Notes under the pieces: model-generated
Told to the model about the DNA's origin: nothing
The model's input: only the letters and a program-made list of their open reading frames with translations
The model's database searches: none
Shown here: piece after piece, positions 9,859-19,010 of the stretch
Layout of the letters: each line of letters opens with the position of its first letter
Position numbering within the stretch: the first letter of the stretch is position 1
Made by a program: the position numbers and the translations under genes
Origin: an uncultured Muribaculaceae bacterium
Lineage (GTDB): Bacteria > Bacillota_I > Bacilli_A > RF39 > UBA660
DNA length: 64,000 nucleotides
Assembly (NCBI GenBank): GCA_964473455.1
Contig: CAYYQX010000001.1
Coordinates: 51,086 to 115,085, forward strand
Direction of reading: 5' to 3'

Positions 9859-10500
9859 TTAAACGTTCGCTTGTTTAAAGTCAATGCTTTTCAATTTGTC
9901 TATTTGCCTTTTATATTCGTTATTTGTTATAAAAGTTCCTACCACAAAAATATCTGCTTTAATTTTTTTTATATTAATATCATTTATTCCGCCATCTACT
10001 GATATAAGAAAAGAGTATTCTTTTTTTAATTCATTTAATTTATCTATTTTTTCATAAACATCATCAATAAATAATTGTCCACCATATCCTGGATTAACAG
10101 ACATAACAAGAACTAAATCAATATGTTCTAAAAGATGGATTATATCTTCTATCGGAGTGGAAGGATTAATTGATATTCCAGCTTTAATATTGTTTTGTTT
10201 AATATAATTTATTACTTCCAAGTGATCTTTTGTTGCTTCATAGTGAAAGGTTATAAAAGCTGGTTTTAATTTTTTGTATTCATCAATATACTTAAAAATG
10301 TCTTTTACCATCAAGTGAACATCAAGAGGTTTTTTGATTCTTTTTAAAAATTTTATTTTTTGAATGTCATAAGTTTTATTATCTACAAATTCTCCGTCCA
10401 TTACATCTACGTGTATATAATCTACTTCGTTTTTAGACAGTTTTATTATTTCTTTTTTTAAGTTTTCTTTTATTCCTAAATATGTCACCGATAGTTTCAC
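9859..10500 (-). CDS. rpe: ribulose-phosphate 3-epimerase
   Basis: IHVDVMDGEFV, LDVHLMV, MSVNPGYGGQLFI and VDGGIN motifs. Conserved position after rsgA. Confidence 0.9.
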   Translation of the reverse strand: MKLSVTYLGIKENLKKEIIKLSKNEVDYIHVDVMDGEFVDNKTYDIQKIKFLKRIKKPLDVHLMVKDIFKYIDEYKKLKPAFITFHYEATKDHLEVINYIKQNNIKAGISINPSTPIEDIIHLLEHIDLVLVMSVNPGYGGQLFIDDVYEKIDKLNELKKEYSFLISVDGGINDINIKKIKADIFVVGTFITNNEYKRQIDKLKSIDFKQANV

Positions 10501-11321
10501 TTGTCCACCTCTTCTACAAATTTTAAATAGTTATTGTATCTTGATTCTAGTATTTTAGAATTTCCTTTGACTTTACACCCTGCTTCTTTGATATGCATAC
10601 AATCTCTATATTCACAGTTAAACTGACTAAATTCTATAAAATTATCTCTAATATTTTCTTTTGTCATATTGTTAAAATCAAGGCTAGAAAAACCCGGAGT
10701 ATCTATGACAAATCCTTTAAGAATACTAATTAAAGATGTATATCTTGTTGTGTTTTTTCCTTGTTTAAGTCTTTCTGAAAGATTTCCTATTTCCATTTGC
10801 AGTTTACTATCTAACCTGTTTATTAAACTTGATTTCCCAGAACCACTTTGTCCAGTAAAAACAACTATTTTATTTTTGAATATTTTTTTTAATTTATTTA
10901 TCTCTGTACTTTTGTAAACTTCATAACCAATTGTTTTATAATACTTGATTATTTCTTCAATGGCTTTTTCTTCTTTTTCCTTTAATAAATCCATTTTGGA
11001 AAAATAAATAACAGGTTTTATATTACTAAATTGAATATTTACTAAAAGCTTATCTAATAAATTTGAAGAAAATTCCGGTTCTTTGACACTAGTTACAATA
11101 ATCGCCAAATCTACATTTGCAACTTTTGGTCTTATTAAATAATTTTTTCTTTTTTTTATATCTAAAATATAATTTTGCTTAGCATCAAAAACAACATAAT
11201 CTCCTACAAGAGGCGTTATATTTAAATTTCTAAATTTCCCTCTAGCTTTACAAATATACTCCTTTTTATTTGCTAAAACTGTATAATCATTACTAAGAAT
11301 TTTTATTATTATTCCTTCCAT
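10497..11321 (-). CDS. rsgA: ribosome small subunit-dependent GTPase A
   Basis: Circularly permuted GTPase (FSKMDL ... GQSGSGKSSLINRL) and a C-terminal zinc motif (CEYRDCMHIKEAGC). Confidence 0.9.
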   Translation of the reverse strand: MEGIIIKILSNDYTVLANKKEYICKARGKFRNLNITPLVGDYVVFDAKQNYILDIKKRKNYLIRPKVANVDLAIIVTSVKEPEFSSNLLDKLLVNIQFSNIKPVIYFSKMDLLKEKEEKAIEEIIKYYKTIGYEVYKSTEINKLKKIFKNKIVVFTGQSGSGKSSLINRLDSKLQMEIGNLSERLKQGKNTTRYTSLISILKGFVIDTPGFSSLDFNNMTKENIRDNFIEFSQFNCEYRDCMHIKEAGCKVKGNSKILESRYNNYLKFVEEVDK

Positions 11322-11328
11322 AATTTTC

Positions 11329-12966
11329 CTAATTCTTCACTACAACTATTTTTAAACTAGCTGTTGCGGTTACTTTTGTACCTTCTGTTCTACTTTGACT
11401 AAGAATTTTACCATCTGGGTCTTCAACTGACTGTTGATAGTCAATAGTTAGTTTTAAATTATATGTGTCACAAAACTTTTGTACTTCAGCAGTTGTCCAT
11501 GTTCCATCAGTAAAATTTGGGTATTTTGTTATAACATCTGGTATTGTTAAAGTTACAGTATCTCCTTCAACTATTCTAACCCCTGCCTCTGGTTGCTGAC
11601 TTATAATTATATTTTCTTGATATGTATCAGCATTTTCCACTGTTTTTCTTTCAGGAATTACATACATTCCAACAGATTTCAAGAAAGCTTCTGCTTCATA
11701 ATAATTCTTCCCTACATAGCTTTCCAAAGTCAGTCCATTTTCCCCGGTTGAAATAATTAAAGTTACCATTGTACCTGTTTTTATAGTTCTTCCAGCTATT
11801 GGGCTGGTACCAACAACGTTTCCTTCTTCTATTTCATTACTTGATTTTTCTTCTACTTCTGTATTTACAACAAAGCCCAGTTCTTTAAGTTTGTTTTCAG
11901 CATCAACTACAGAATATCCACTTAAGTCTGGAAGTTTTGCTTCCTTAACAGTAGTAAATTTTGGATATAGTATAATCGCAAAAATTAGTGTAAGCGCTAA
12001 CAAGAAAAATGTGATGCCACTAATTATTACAATTTTTGTTAACTTACTTTTTTTCTTTTTAATTGGTTTTTCTTCTACTTCCTGTTCTGTTTTTTTTGAC
12101 TCTATTTTTTCTGGAAATTGATATTTAACTTTAGGGACATCAATCATCTTAGGCTCTAGGCACTCTTCTAAATCATTGTACATTTCATCTACACTGTTAT
12201 AACGATTAAGAGGATTTTTTGCAGTAGATTTTAAAACAATATTTTCAATACTTTGAGGAATGCTTTCCTTGATTTTTCTGACACTTGGCATTGGTTCTTT
12301 CATATGTTTTAAAGCGACTTCAATGGCGTTATCTCCTTTAAAAGGAACTTTTCCAATTAACAATTCATACATAACTATTCCAAGAGAATAGATGTCACTT
12401 TTTATCGTTGCCACGTTTCCTCTTGCTTGTTCAGGAGGTAAATAATGAACTGAACCCATTACAGAATTTGTTTGAGTCATACTTTGTTCATTTAGAGCTA
12501 CAGCTATCCCAAAGTCTGTTATTTTTACTTTTCCCATTTCTGTTATAAGGACATTTTGAGGTTTAATATCTCTGTGTATTATGTAATTAGAATGAGCACA
12601 AGCAACAGCTGAGGTTAGTTGTTTCATTACATCCAAAACTTCTGGAACAGAAAGAAAATCTCTTTTTTTTATTAAGTTTTTAAGAGTTGTTCCTTCTACA
12701 TATTCCATTACTATATAGTATTTACCTTCATCTTCCCCAACATCATATATTTCTACAATATTTGGATGATTTAATGAACTAGCAGACAGTGCTTCTCGTT
12801 GAAATTTTTTTACAAACTTTTCATCTGTTGCAAGGTCCCCTCTAAGAATTTTAATGGCAACTTGTCTATCTAATATAGTATCTAGCGCTAGATAAACATT
12901 AGCCATTCCGCCCTCACCTATAAGTTTTAATATTTCATAACGTTCATTTATTCTTTTATTTAGCAC
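11329..12966 (-). CDS. prkC: Ser/Thr protein kinase with three extracellular PASTA domains (PrkC/PknB type)
   Basis: Hanks kinase motifs (GEGGMANVY, HRDIKPQN, DFGIA). One TM helix (IVIISGITFFLLALTLIFAIILY). Three PASTA-like repeats in the C-terminal half. Confidence 0.92.
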   Translation of the reverse strand: MLNKRINERYEILKLIGEGGMANVYLALDTILDRQVAIKILRGDLATDEKFVKKFQREALSASSLNHPNIVEIYDVGEDEGKYYIVMEYVEGTTLKNLIKKRDFLSVPEVLDVMKQLTSAVACAHSNYIIHRDIKPQNVLITEMGKVKITDFGIAVALNEQSMTQTNSVMGSVHYLPPEQARGNVATIKSDIYSLGIVMYELLIGKVPFKGDNAIEVALKHMKEPMPSVRKIKESIPQSIENIVLKSTAKNPLNRYNSVDEMYNDLEECLEPKMIDVPKVKYQFPEKIESKKTEQEVEEKPIKKKKSKLTKIVIISGITFFLLALTLIFAIILYPKFTTVKEAKLPDLSGYSVVDAENKLKELGFVVNTEVEEKSSNEIEEGNVVGTSPIAGRTIKTGTMVTLIISTGENGLTLESYVGKNYYEAEAFLKSVGMYVIPERKTVENADTYQENIIISQQPEAGVRIVEGDTVTLTIPDVITKYPNFTDGTWTTAEVQKFCDTYNLKLTIDYQQSVEDPDGKILSQSRTEGTKVTATASLKIVVVKN

Positions 12967-13698
12967 TTAAACTTCACCTCTAATATCTAAATATGCGATA
13001 GCGATATTATCCAGTCCTCCACGATTGTTGGCTTTTTGAACAAGTTTATTTAGTTTACTTTCAATGTCTATTTTTTCATTGATTACTTTTTCTATTTGCT
13101 CATCATTTAACATATTAGTTAAACCGTCGCTACAAAGAAAAACGCCCTCTACTTCTTCATCTATTGTATATATATCCATTTCTACTGTTTCACTTGCTCC
13201 AAGAGCACGCATTAAAACATTTTTTCTCGGATGATCTTTGGCTTCTTCTTCTGTTAGTTTCCCTGACTTAACAAGCAGGTTAACAAGAGTATGATCAGTA
13301 GTCATTTTATATAGTTTTGATGTCTTAACTACATAGCCTCTTGAATCACCAATATTACCAATAATTAAAAGATTTTTGGTTTTAATAGCAAGCACTATAG
13401 TTGTTCCCATTCCTTCACTTTCTGGGTGTTCCCTAGTATATTTATAAATCAATAGATTTGCTTCACTAACAATTCTTTTGATAAATTCTATTAATTCTTC
13501 TTTTTCTAATATAGGTTTTTTTAAAAATTCTTCTTCAAGATGTTTAACTGCAATACTAGACGCTATCTCCCCACCGTGATGGCCACCCATACCGTCTGCT
13601 ACAACTAGTAAATACTCATCATCTTTATTTACTATCGTTACACTATCTTCATTTTGTTCTCTAACTTTTCCAGAGTCTGTTATATAAAAACTGTTCAT
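12967..13698 (-). CDS. prpC: PP2C-family Ser/Thr phosphatase (PrpC/Stp)
   Basis: NEDS, VVADGMGGHHGGEIAS, GNIGDSRGY, CSDGL and DNIAI motifs. Start set at ATG 13696-13698 (GAGGAGG upstream), forming an ATGA overlap with the rlmN TGA stop. Confidence 0.9.
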   Translation of the reverse strand: MNSFYITDSGKVREQNEDSVTIVNKDDEYLLVVADGMGGHHGGEIASSIAVKHLEEEFLKKPILEKEELIEFIKRIVSEANLLIYKYTREHPESEGMGTTIVLAIKTKNLLIIGNIGDSRGYVVKTSKLYKMTTDHTLVNLLVKSGKLTEEEAKDHPRKNVLMRALGASETVEMDIYTIDEEVEGVFLCSDGLTNMLNDEQIEKVINEKIDIESKLNKLVQKANNRGGLDNIAIAYLDIRGEV

Positions 13699-14771
13699 TT
13701 GTCCTCCTCGTATTGAGATTTTAACTGTCCACAAGCGGCTTTTACTTTATTCCCAAATTCTTTTCTTATTGTTACGTTAATTTTATTTTTTTTCAAAATA
13801 TCATAAAAAGCTAAAATAGTCTCTTTATCACTTTTTTGATAGTTTATATAACTAGTTTCATTATAAGGAATTAAATTAACATAGCAGTTAATTCCTCTTA
13901 GCAATTTACTAAGTTCAAGGGCATTTTCTTTTCTATCATTAATACCTTTAATTAGTACATATTCAAAAGTTACTCTTCTATTTGTTTTATTGATGTATTT
14001 TTTTATTATTTCTATTAATTTTTCAATATTGTAAACTTTATTGATAGGCATTAGCTTATTTCTTAGTTCATCATTTGAAGCATGAAGGCTGATTGCAAGA
14101 TTAACTTGATTTTCATCTTGAAGAAATAATTCTATTTTAGGAGTTATTCCACAAGTAGATACTGTAATATGTCTTGCCCCAATACTAATGCCTTTATTTT
14201 CTTTTATAATATCAATAAATGTTATAACATTGTCATAGTTGTCAAAAGGTTCGCCAATGCCCATTAATACAACATGACTAATTCTTTGTTGAATTTCTTT
14301 TTCAATAGTAAGAATTTGTAAAACCATTTCACTGGGCATTAAATTTCTTACTTTTTTTAATCTTCCACTTTCACAGAAAACACATCCCATATTACAACCA
14401 ACCTGGGAAGAAATACACAAGCTTATTCCATAATTATGGTTCATTAAAACGGCTTCTATTTTGTTTCCATCGTCAAGAGCAAACAAGTATTTTATAACAT
14501 CTGTATCCTCTTCTTTTTTCAATATTTTAAGATCATTAATACAAAATTCTTTATTTAGTATTTCGATTAAAGATTTTTTTAAATTAGTCATTTCTTCAAA
14601 CTTAGTTACTCTTTTTTTATATAGCCAGTCAAATACTTGAGCTGCTTTAAATTTTGTTTCACCAATAGAAATAAAAAACTCTTCTAAGTCTTTTAATGTA
14701 TAGTCATATATGTTTTTCATATTCATCATCTCTTTATAATTATACATTAAATTATACTTATTAGCAATCAA
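13695..14771 (-). CDS. rlmN: 23S rRNA/tRNA adenine-C2 methyltransferase RlmN (radical SAM)
   Basis: Radical SAM CNMGCVFCESG motif, MGIGEP, and a conserved C-terminal Cys (AACGQL). The true start may be an internal Met (about 14720-14726). Ends with TGA. Confidence 0.9.
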   Translation of the reverse strand: MIANKYNLMYNYKEMMNMKNIYDYTLKDLEEFFISIGETKFKAAQVFDWLYKKRVTKFEEMTNLKKSLIEILNKEFCINDLKILKKEEDTDVIKYLFALDDGNKIEAVLMNHNYGISLCISSQVGCNMGCVFCESGRLKKVRNLMPSEMVLQILTIEKEIQQRISHVVLMGIGEPFDNYDNVITFIDIIKENKGISIGARHITVSTCGITPKIELFLQDENQVNLAISLHASNDELRNKLMPINKVYNIEKLIEIIKKYINKTNRRVTFEYVLIKGINDRKENALELSKLLRGINCYVNLIPYNETSYINYQKSDKETILAFYDILKKNKINVTIRKEFGNKVKAACGQLKSQYEEDK

Positions 14772-14793
14772 AAAAGCACACTTAAAATGTGCT

Positions 14794-16179
14794 TCATCTT
14801 ATAAAATAAGTAGTTCCTTCTTTTGTATCTTTTATATAAATTCCTTTTTTTTCTAATTCTTTTCTGATTTCATCAGCTAAAACGTAATTGTTTTCTTGTT
14901 TAGCTTTTTTTCTTTCATCTAGCTTTTCTTCTATGTAGTTTTTTAATTCTTCATCTATATTATTATTTTGAATTAAGTTTAAACCTAATACTTTGTCAAA
15001 TTCTTTTATTAAGTGCAATTTTTCACTGTCTGCTATGTTAGAGTTAACTACTTCGTATAGGACTGTTAGAGCTTTAGAGGTGTTTAAATCGTCATTTAAG
15101 GCTTCTTTAAACTTATTGTTAAATTCTTCTATGATTTTTTGATTAACAGTTGTTTTGTCTGTTAACAATTTTATTTTATTTATTAGCTTATCATAAGTAT
15201 TTTGGGCAACATCTAAACTTTCATAAGTAAAAACTAATTGTTTTCTATAGTGTGATCCTAAGCAGAACAACCTATAAGCAAGTGGATTATACCCTTTTTC
15301 TTCGAGAAGAGATAAAATTAAGAACTCACCTTTACTCTTACTCATCTTTCCTGTAGCATCATTTAAATATTCTGAGTGAAACCAAAAGTTGCACCATTTA
15401 TGTCCTAAGTAACTTTCAGATTGAGCAATTTCATTTGTATGATGTGGGAAAATATTATCTACCCCACCACAATGAATATCTAAGTATTCACCTAAATATT
15501 TTATTGCGATCACTGAACACTCTATATGCCAACCAGGATATCCTATTCCCCAAGGGCTATTCCATTTTAATTCTTGATTTTCAAACTTTGACTTTGTAAA
15601 CCAAAGAACAAAGTCTGTTTTATTTTTTTTAGCAGCATCTTCCAATACATCTTCTCTTGCTCCAACAAGCATTTCATTATTGTCTTGGCTTGTTAATGTA
15701 TAATAACTATTTACTTTAGAAGTATCAAAATAAACGTTTCCGTCTGAAATATAAGCATATCCTTTGGTTATTAATTCTTCAATCATTTTAATGTAATCTT
15801 CAACACAAGATGTTGCAGGAACTATTATTTCTGGCTTTTTAATATTTAATTTTTCTAAATCTTTGAAAAAAGCATCCGTATACATTTTAGCAATTTCCAT
15901 TACTGTTTTGTGTTCTCTACTAGCTCCTTCAAGCATTTTATCTTTTCCAGTGTCAGCATCTCCAACAATATGACCAACATCAGTAATATTCATACATCTT
16001 TTAGTTTTATAACCTACATAGTTTAAGCTCTTTTCCAATACATCTTCCATAATGTAAGTTCTTAAATTTCCAATATGCGCAAAATGATAAACTGTTGGAC
16101 CACAAGTATATATTTTAACCTCATCGCCATTTGGGATAAACTCTTCTACTTTTTTAGTTTTTGTATTATATAAGTTCAT
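14794..16179 (-). CDS. cysS: cysteinyl-tRNA synthetase
   Basis: Class I HIGH-type motif (CGPTVYHFAHIGNLR) and KMSKS. WHIEC zinc/cysteine-binding motif. Confidence 0.95.
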   Translation of the reverse strand: MNLYNTKTKKVEEFIPNGDEVKIYTCGPTVYHFAHIGNLRTYIMEDVLEKSLNYVGYKTKRCMNITDVGHIVGDADTGKDKMLEGASREHKTVMEIAKMYTDAFFKDLEKLNIKKPEIIVPATSCVEDYIKMIEELITKGYAYISDGNVYFDTSKVNSYYTLTSQDNNEMLVGAREDVLEDAAKKNKTDFVLWFTKSKFENQELKWNSPWGIGYPGWHIECSVIAIKYLGEYLDIHCGGVDNIFPHHTNEIAQSESYLGHKWCNFWFHSEYLNDATGKMSKSKGEFLILSLLEEKGYNPLAYRLFCLGSHYRKQLVFTYESLDVAQNTYDKLINKIKLLTDKTTVNQKIIEEFNNKFKEALNDDLNTSKALTVLYEVVNSNIADSEKLHLIKEFDKVLGLNLIQNNNIDEELKNYIEEKLDERKKAKQENNYVLADEIRKELEKKGIYIKDTKEGTTYFIR

Positions 16180-16254
16180 TTTTTTCCTTCTTTCAGTGTT
16201 AGATTTATCTTAACATAAACAAGTGTTTTTTTCAATTTTTTTTGTTTTTATTAC

Positions 16255-16283
16255 TTGCATTAATATACTCTTTATGTTATTAT
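16255..16283 (+). promoter_or_regulatory. sigma-A type promoter for the tRNA pair
   Basis: TTGCAT (16255-16260), 17-nt spacer, TATTAT (16278-16283) preceded by TGT. Lies about 15 nt upstream of the first tRNA. Confidence 0.55.
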
Positions 16284-16297
16284 TATCTACGTGTGAT

Positions 16298-16374
16298 GGA
16301 CCTTTAGCTCAGTTGGTTAGAGCATCCGGCTCATAACCGGGCGGTCGAAGGTTCGAGTCCTTCAAGGTCCACCA
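16298..16374 (+). tRNA. tRNA with CAU anticodon, most likely tRNA-Ile2 (lysidine-modified); elongator Met not excluded
   Basis: 77-nt cloverleaf GGACCTTTAGCTCAGTTGGTTAGAGC...CTCATAA...GGTTCGAGTCC...CCA. The acceptor and D arms resemble tRNA-Ile. The anticodon stem lacks the initiator GGG/CCC signature. CCA is encoded. Confidence 0.8.
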
Positions 16375-16379
16375 TAAAC

Positions 16380-16463
16380 GCGAGTGTGGCGAAATTGGCA
16401 GACGCGCTAGACTTAGGATCTAGTGTCTATGACATGGGGGTTCAAGTCCCTTCACTCGCACCA
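16380..16463 (+). tRNA. tRNA-Leu (anticodon UAG), class II with long variable arm
   Basis: 84-nt GCGAGTGTGGCGAAATTGGCAGACGC...CTTAGGA...long variable arm...GGTTCAAGTCCC...CCA. Confidence 0.9.
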
Positions 16464-16472
16464 ATTGTAATT

Positions 16473-16502
16473 AAAAACCACTATTAATTTAGTGGTTTTT
16501 TT
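16473..16502 (+). terminator. intrinsic terminator after the tRNA pair
   Basis: Hairpin AAAAACCACT / ATTAATTT / AGTGGTTTTT followed by a T-run. Confidence 0.8.
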
Positions 16503-16521
16503 ATAAAAAAAACTTGCTTTA

Positions 16522-16530
16522 TGTTATAAT
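16522..16530 (+). promoter_or_regulatory. extended -10 promoter element upstream of the 275-aa ORF
   Basis: TGTTATAAT (TGnTATAAT) about 27 nt upstream of ATG 16557. RBS AAGGGGAGG follows it. Confidence 0.5.
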
Positions 16531-16556
16531 ATTTTTAAGGGGAGGTTTAAAGCTAT

Positions 16557-17384
16557 ATGAATGATCAAAAAATAATAACTATTGACTTAAAAAATGGTTT
16601 GTCTGTCATATTTGGGAAAGTAACTGGCACCACAGATGCATATGCAATTTTATGTATTTCAAGTGGTTCAGAAAAGTTAAAAGAAACAAACGATATGCTT
16701 GGTATTTTAAATTTAAAACAATGTCGATTTGATACTGTTGGACCAGCAATAAGAATTGAGCAAATGGAAAACTGTAAAGTGCTTAATTCTCTTGTTATGC
16801 CATACAAAAATAAATTTGGCGAGATAAAATATGGTGTTTTATTGGATAAAGAAAACAAAATTTCAAATATTTCTTATATTACTAGTTGCCCTGTAAAATA
16901 CAGTGAGACAGGTGAAATATTAGGCTCAGAACACTTTTTTTCAATACAGCATGATTATTATGACTATAAAGGAAATAAACAGTTTTATTATACAGGTCTT
17001 ATTGCTGATGATAAAGGTGTTGTTATTAGAGAAACTGAGCACTATGATTCTTTTGCGTATAACGAAACAATGGGAGTTGTTTTCGGAATATTTCCAACAA
17101 CATCACATATTCTTTCCAAAAATGGTGTTGTGCAGTTAAAGTTCATATCTGATATTCGTCCTGTAATAAAAGTAAAAACTTTCGATAATACCGTTGAAAC
17201 CGCCACACTTTTTTGCGCGGGAGTTAAGGGTTTTACCAAAATTTACTTCGGCATACAAACATGCAATGGCCAAATCCAATCATTATCTCCAGAAGCAATT
17301 GAATCACTAAAAAGAGTGCAGATTTTTTTAGAAGATTTCGAAAAAGATAAAACGCTAACAAAAAAACAAAACAATTCTCAATGA
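16557..17384 (+). CDS. hypothetical protein (275 aa, no recognisable family)
   Basis: Long ORF with its own extended -10 and a strong RBS. It is one of only four plus-strand CDS. No signal peptide or TM helix seen. Confidence 0.6.
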   Translation: MNDQKIITIDLKNGLSVIFGKVTGTTDAYAILCISSGSEKLKETNDMLGILNLKQCRFDTVGPAIRIEQMENCKVLNSLVMPYKNKFGEIKYGVLLDKENKISNISYITSCPVKYSETGEILGSEHFFSIQHDYYDYKGNKQFYYTGLIADDKGVVIRETEHYDSFAYNETMGVVFGIFPTTSHILSKNGVVQLKFISDIRPVIKVKTFDNTVETATLFCAGVKGFTKIYFGIQTCNGQIQSLSPEAIESLKRVQIFLEDFEKDKTLTKKQNNSQ

Positions 17385-17400
17385 ATTGTTTTTTATATAT

Positions 17401-17820
17401 TTACTTATTTAACATATTTAATAAATTAATCTTAAACATGTCTTTATCTGCGTGATCTTTAGAAACCATAACACCTTTGTAAGCAACCAATTCTGATTGG
17501 TGTCCTTCTGATAAGATATCTGTTGGAGTAAATTTATCTAACATAATCGTATTTGTTTTTCTATATAAAATATAGTGTAAGGTCATAACGCCATGTACTC
17601 TGCAAAACATAATATCTGTTGGAAGCTTTAATTCATAATACTCTGAATCAGTTTCATTATTTTCTTTTACTTTTTCTCCTAACAAGTTTCCTTCTTTAAG
17701 AGAGGGATAATATTCAAAGCAAAGCTTTTTATAAGCAAGCATATTATATTTTTTTACTGCTCTTTCAAGTTTCTTAAATTCATTTTCATTTATATAGTCA
17801 AATAAATAAACTTGTTTCAT
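17401..17820 (-). CDS. hypothetical protein (139 aa from the RBS-supported start)
   Basis: Start moved to ATG 17818-17820, preceded by AAAGGTGGA at 5-nt spacing (track start 17883 lacks an RBS). The segment CRVHGVMTLHYILYRKTNTIMLDKF is faintly reminiscent of the RelE/ParE-type core, which is speculative. Confidence 0.55.
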   Translation of the reverse strand: MKQVYLFDYINENEFKKLERAVKKYNMLAYKKLCFEYYPSLKEGNLLGEKVKENNETDSEYYELKLPTDIMFCRVHGVMTLHYILYRKTNTIMLDKFTPTDILSEGHQSELVAYKGVMVSKDHADKDMFKINLLNMLNK

Positions 17821-17854
17821 AACTTCCACCTTTTGAGTCTTCTCTACTATAAAC

Positions 17855-17883
17855 ATTTTATCATTAAGGTTTAATGAAGTCAA
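17855..17883 (-). promoter_or_regulatory. sigma-A promoter for the 139-aa ORF
   Basis: On the minus strand: TTGACT (17883-17878), 17-nt spacer, TAAAAT (17860-17855). Confidence 0.6.
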
Positions 17884-17892
17884 TTATTGTAT

Positions 17893-17920
17893 ATAAAAAA
17901 AACAGTGTTAATTCACTGTT
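17893..17920 (-). terminator. intrinsic terminator of the Cys-rich/secreted protein operon
   Basis: Minus strand AACAGTG-AATTAA-CACTGTT followed by TTTTTTTT. The stem touches the TAA stop of the 358-aa gene. Confidence 0.8.
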
Positions 17921-18996
17921 TATTTTGTTTTAGTTTTTTGATCTAAAACGGACATATCGCCATTCATGTAAGCCTTATAGTCTTCTCTTGATAAAAGAAC
18001 ACATCCATCAGCAATATAATCTGTTTCTATTTCAGTTGTTGTATTTTCAGCATTTGCTAAATAAGTAATATAAGCTACTAACTCAGGTAATAACGTTACA
18101 TCACAATTTTCAATTGCTCTATCTGCTTTTACTAATGTCATATCATCTGGATATAAGTCTGTATAATGTTCTGAAAAATAAAATTTAACTTCATCTGCAG
18201 TAAACTTATCTTCCATTTCATTAGCTGTTATTCTTCTAAGCATTGCTCCACCAACTGTTCTTGCTGCAAGATCTCCACCAGGTGTCATTGGTTGCAAATT
18301 AGATGTTGCTTCTGAACCACTAGACATATGTGCATAGAAGTAATAAGATTCTTTAAATGCGCCATTTTCTGACATATCATCAAATCCTTGTTCAGCTAAA
18401 CGATAAATTGTGTCTTCACCATATTGTGTGTTTATTCTATTAACTGAATTATGATCCAATGGATAAGTATCCAATATTAATTTTCTATCTAAAGGTGTAT
18501 GTTCACAGCTGTCATCTAACATCATATTTCTATATGCTTCTTGATTATAAATTCTAATAGCACTAGCTGCCATACAAAAGTTGTTTAATAAAGTATTAAG
18601 AACTTTATTTGGCATTAATTCTGCTTCGAGATTTGCTCTTAGGTTTTCATCTAACAACTCTTTGTTTTTTACATAATATAATACTCTTGCATAAAAATCA
18701 ATATTATCAATTTTTAATACTGGAAAGTTTTCGTCTTTTTTGTTAGCTTCAATAGATCTTGCTTGTACTTCTTCATAATATTTTAAATATTCTTGAATGT
18801 CTTTTGCAGCTTGTTCACAAGAAATTACTGTTTCGCTAACATAGCTCTCGTATACATCACAATCAGTTGTTACTGTTGTAACTATAGCTTTTGATTGTCC
18901 TGTTACTGGATCAGTTAAACTAATATTTCCAGCAACAACATGTGACATGGTTGCTAATTGAATAACAAGCAATAATCCTGCTATTTTCTTTTTCAT
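17920..18996 (-). CDS. secreted hypothetical protein (Sec signal peptide, 8 Cys in the ORF)
   Basis: MKKKIAGLLLVIQLATMSHVVAG signal peptide. RBS AGGGGGA. Starts 14 nt after the stop of the upstream Cys-rich gene. No family recognised. Confidence 0.7.
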   Translation of the reverse strand: MKKKIAGLLLVIQLATMSHVVAGNISLTDPVTGQSKAIVTTVTTDCDVYESYVSETVISCEQAAKDIQEYLKYYEEVQARSIEANKKDENFPVLKIDNIDFYARVLYYVKNKELLDENLRANLEAELMPNKVLNTLLNNFCMAASAIRIYNQEAYRNMMLDDSCEHTPLDRKLILDTYPLDHNSVNRINTQYGEDTIYRLAEQGFDDMSENGAFKESYYFYAHMSSGSEATSNLQPMTPGGDLAARTVGGAMLRRITANEMEDKFTADEVKFYFSEHYTDLYPDDMTLVKADRAIENCDVTLLPELVAYITYLANAENTTTEIETDYIADGCVLLSREDYKAYMNGDMSVLDQKTKTK

Positions 18997-19010
18997 TTTT
19001 ATTCCCCCTA

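Noticed and set aside
16180-16297. A T-box leader upstream of cysS (and likewise 38041-38125 upstream of aspS).
   Set aside because: The leaders are only 118 nt and 85 nt. The cysS space is shared with the divergent tRNA promoter. I saw no specifier-loop or T-box consensus (AAUUAGGGUGGUACCGCG-like). They are too short for a T-box.
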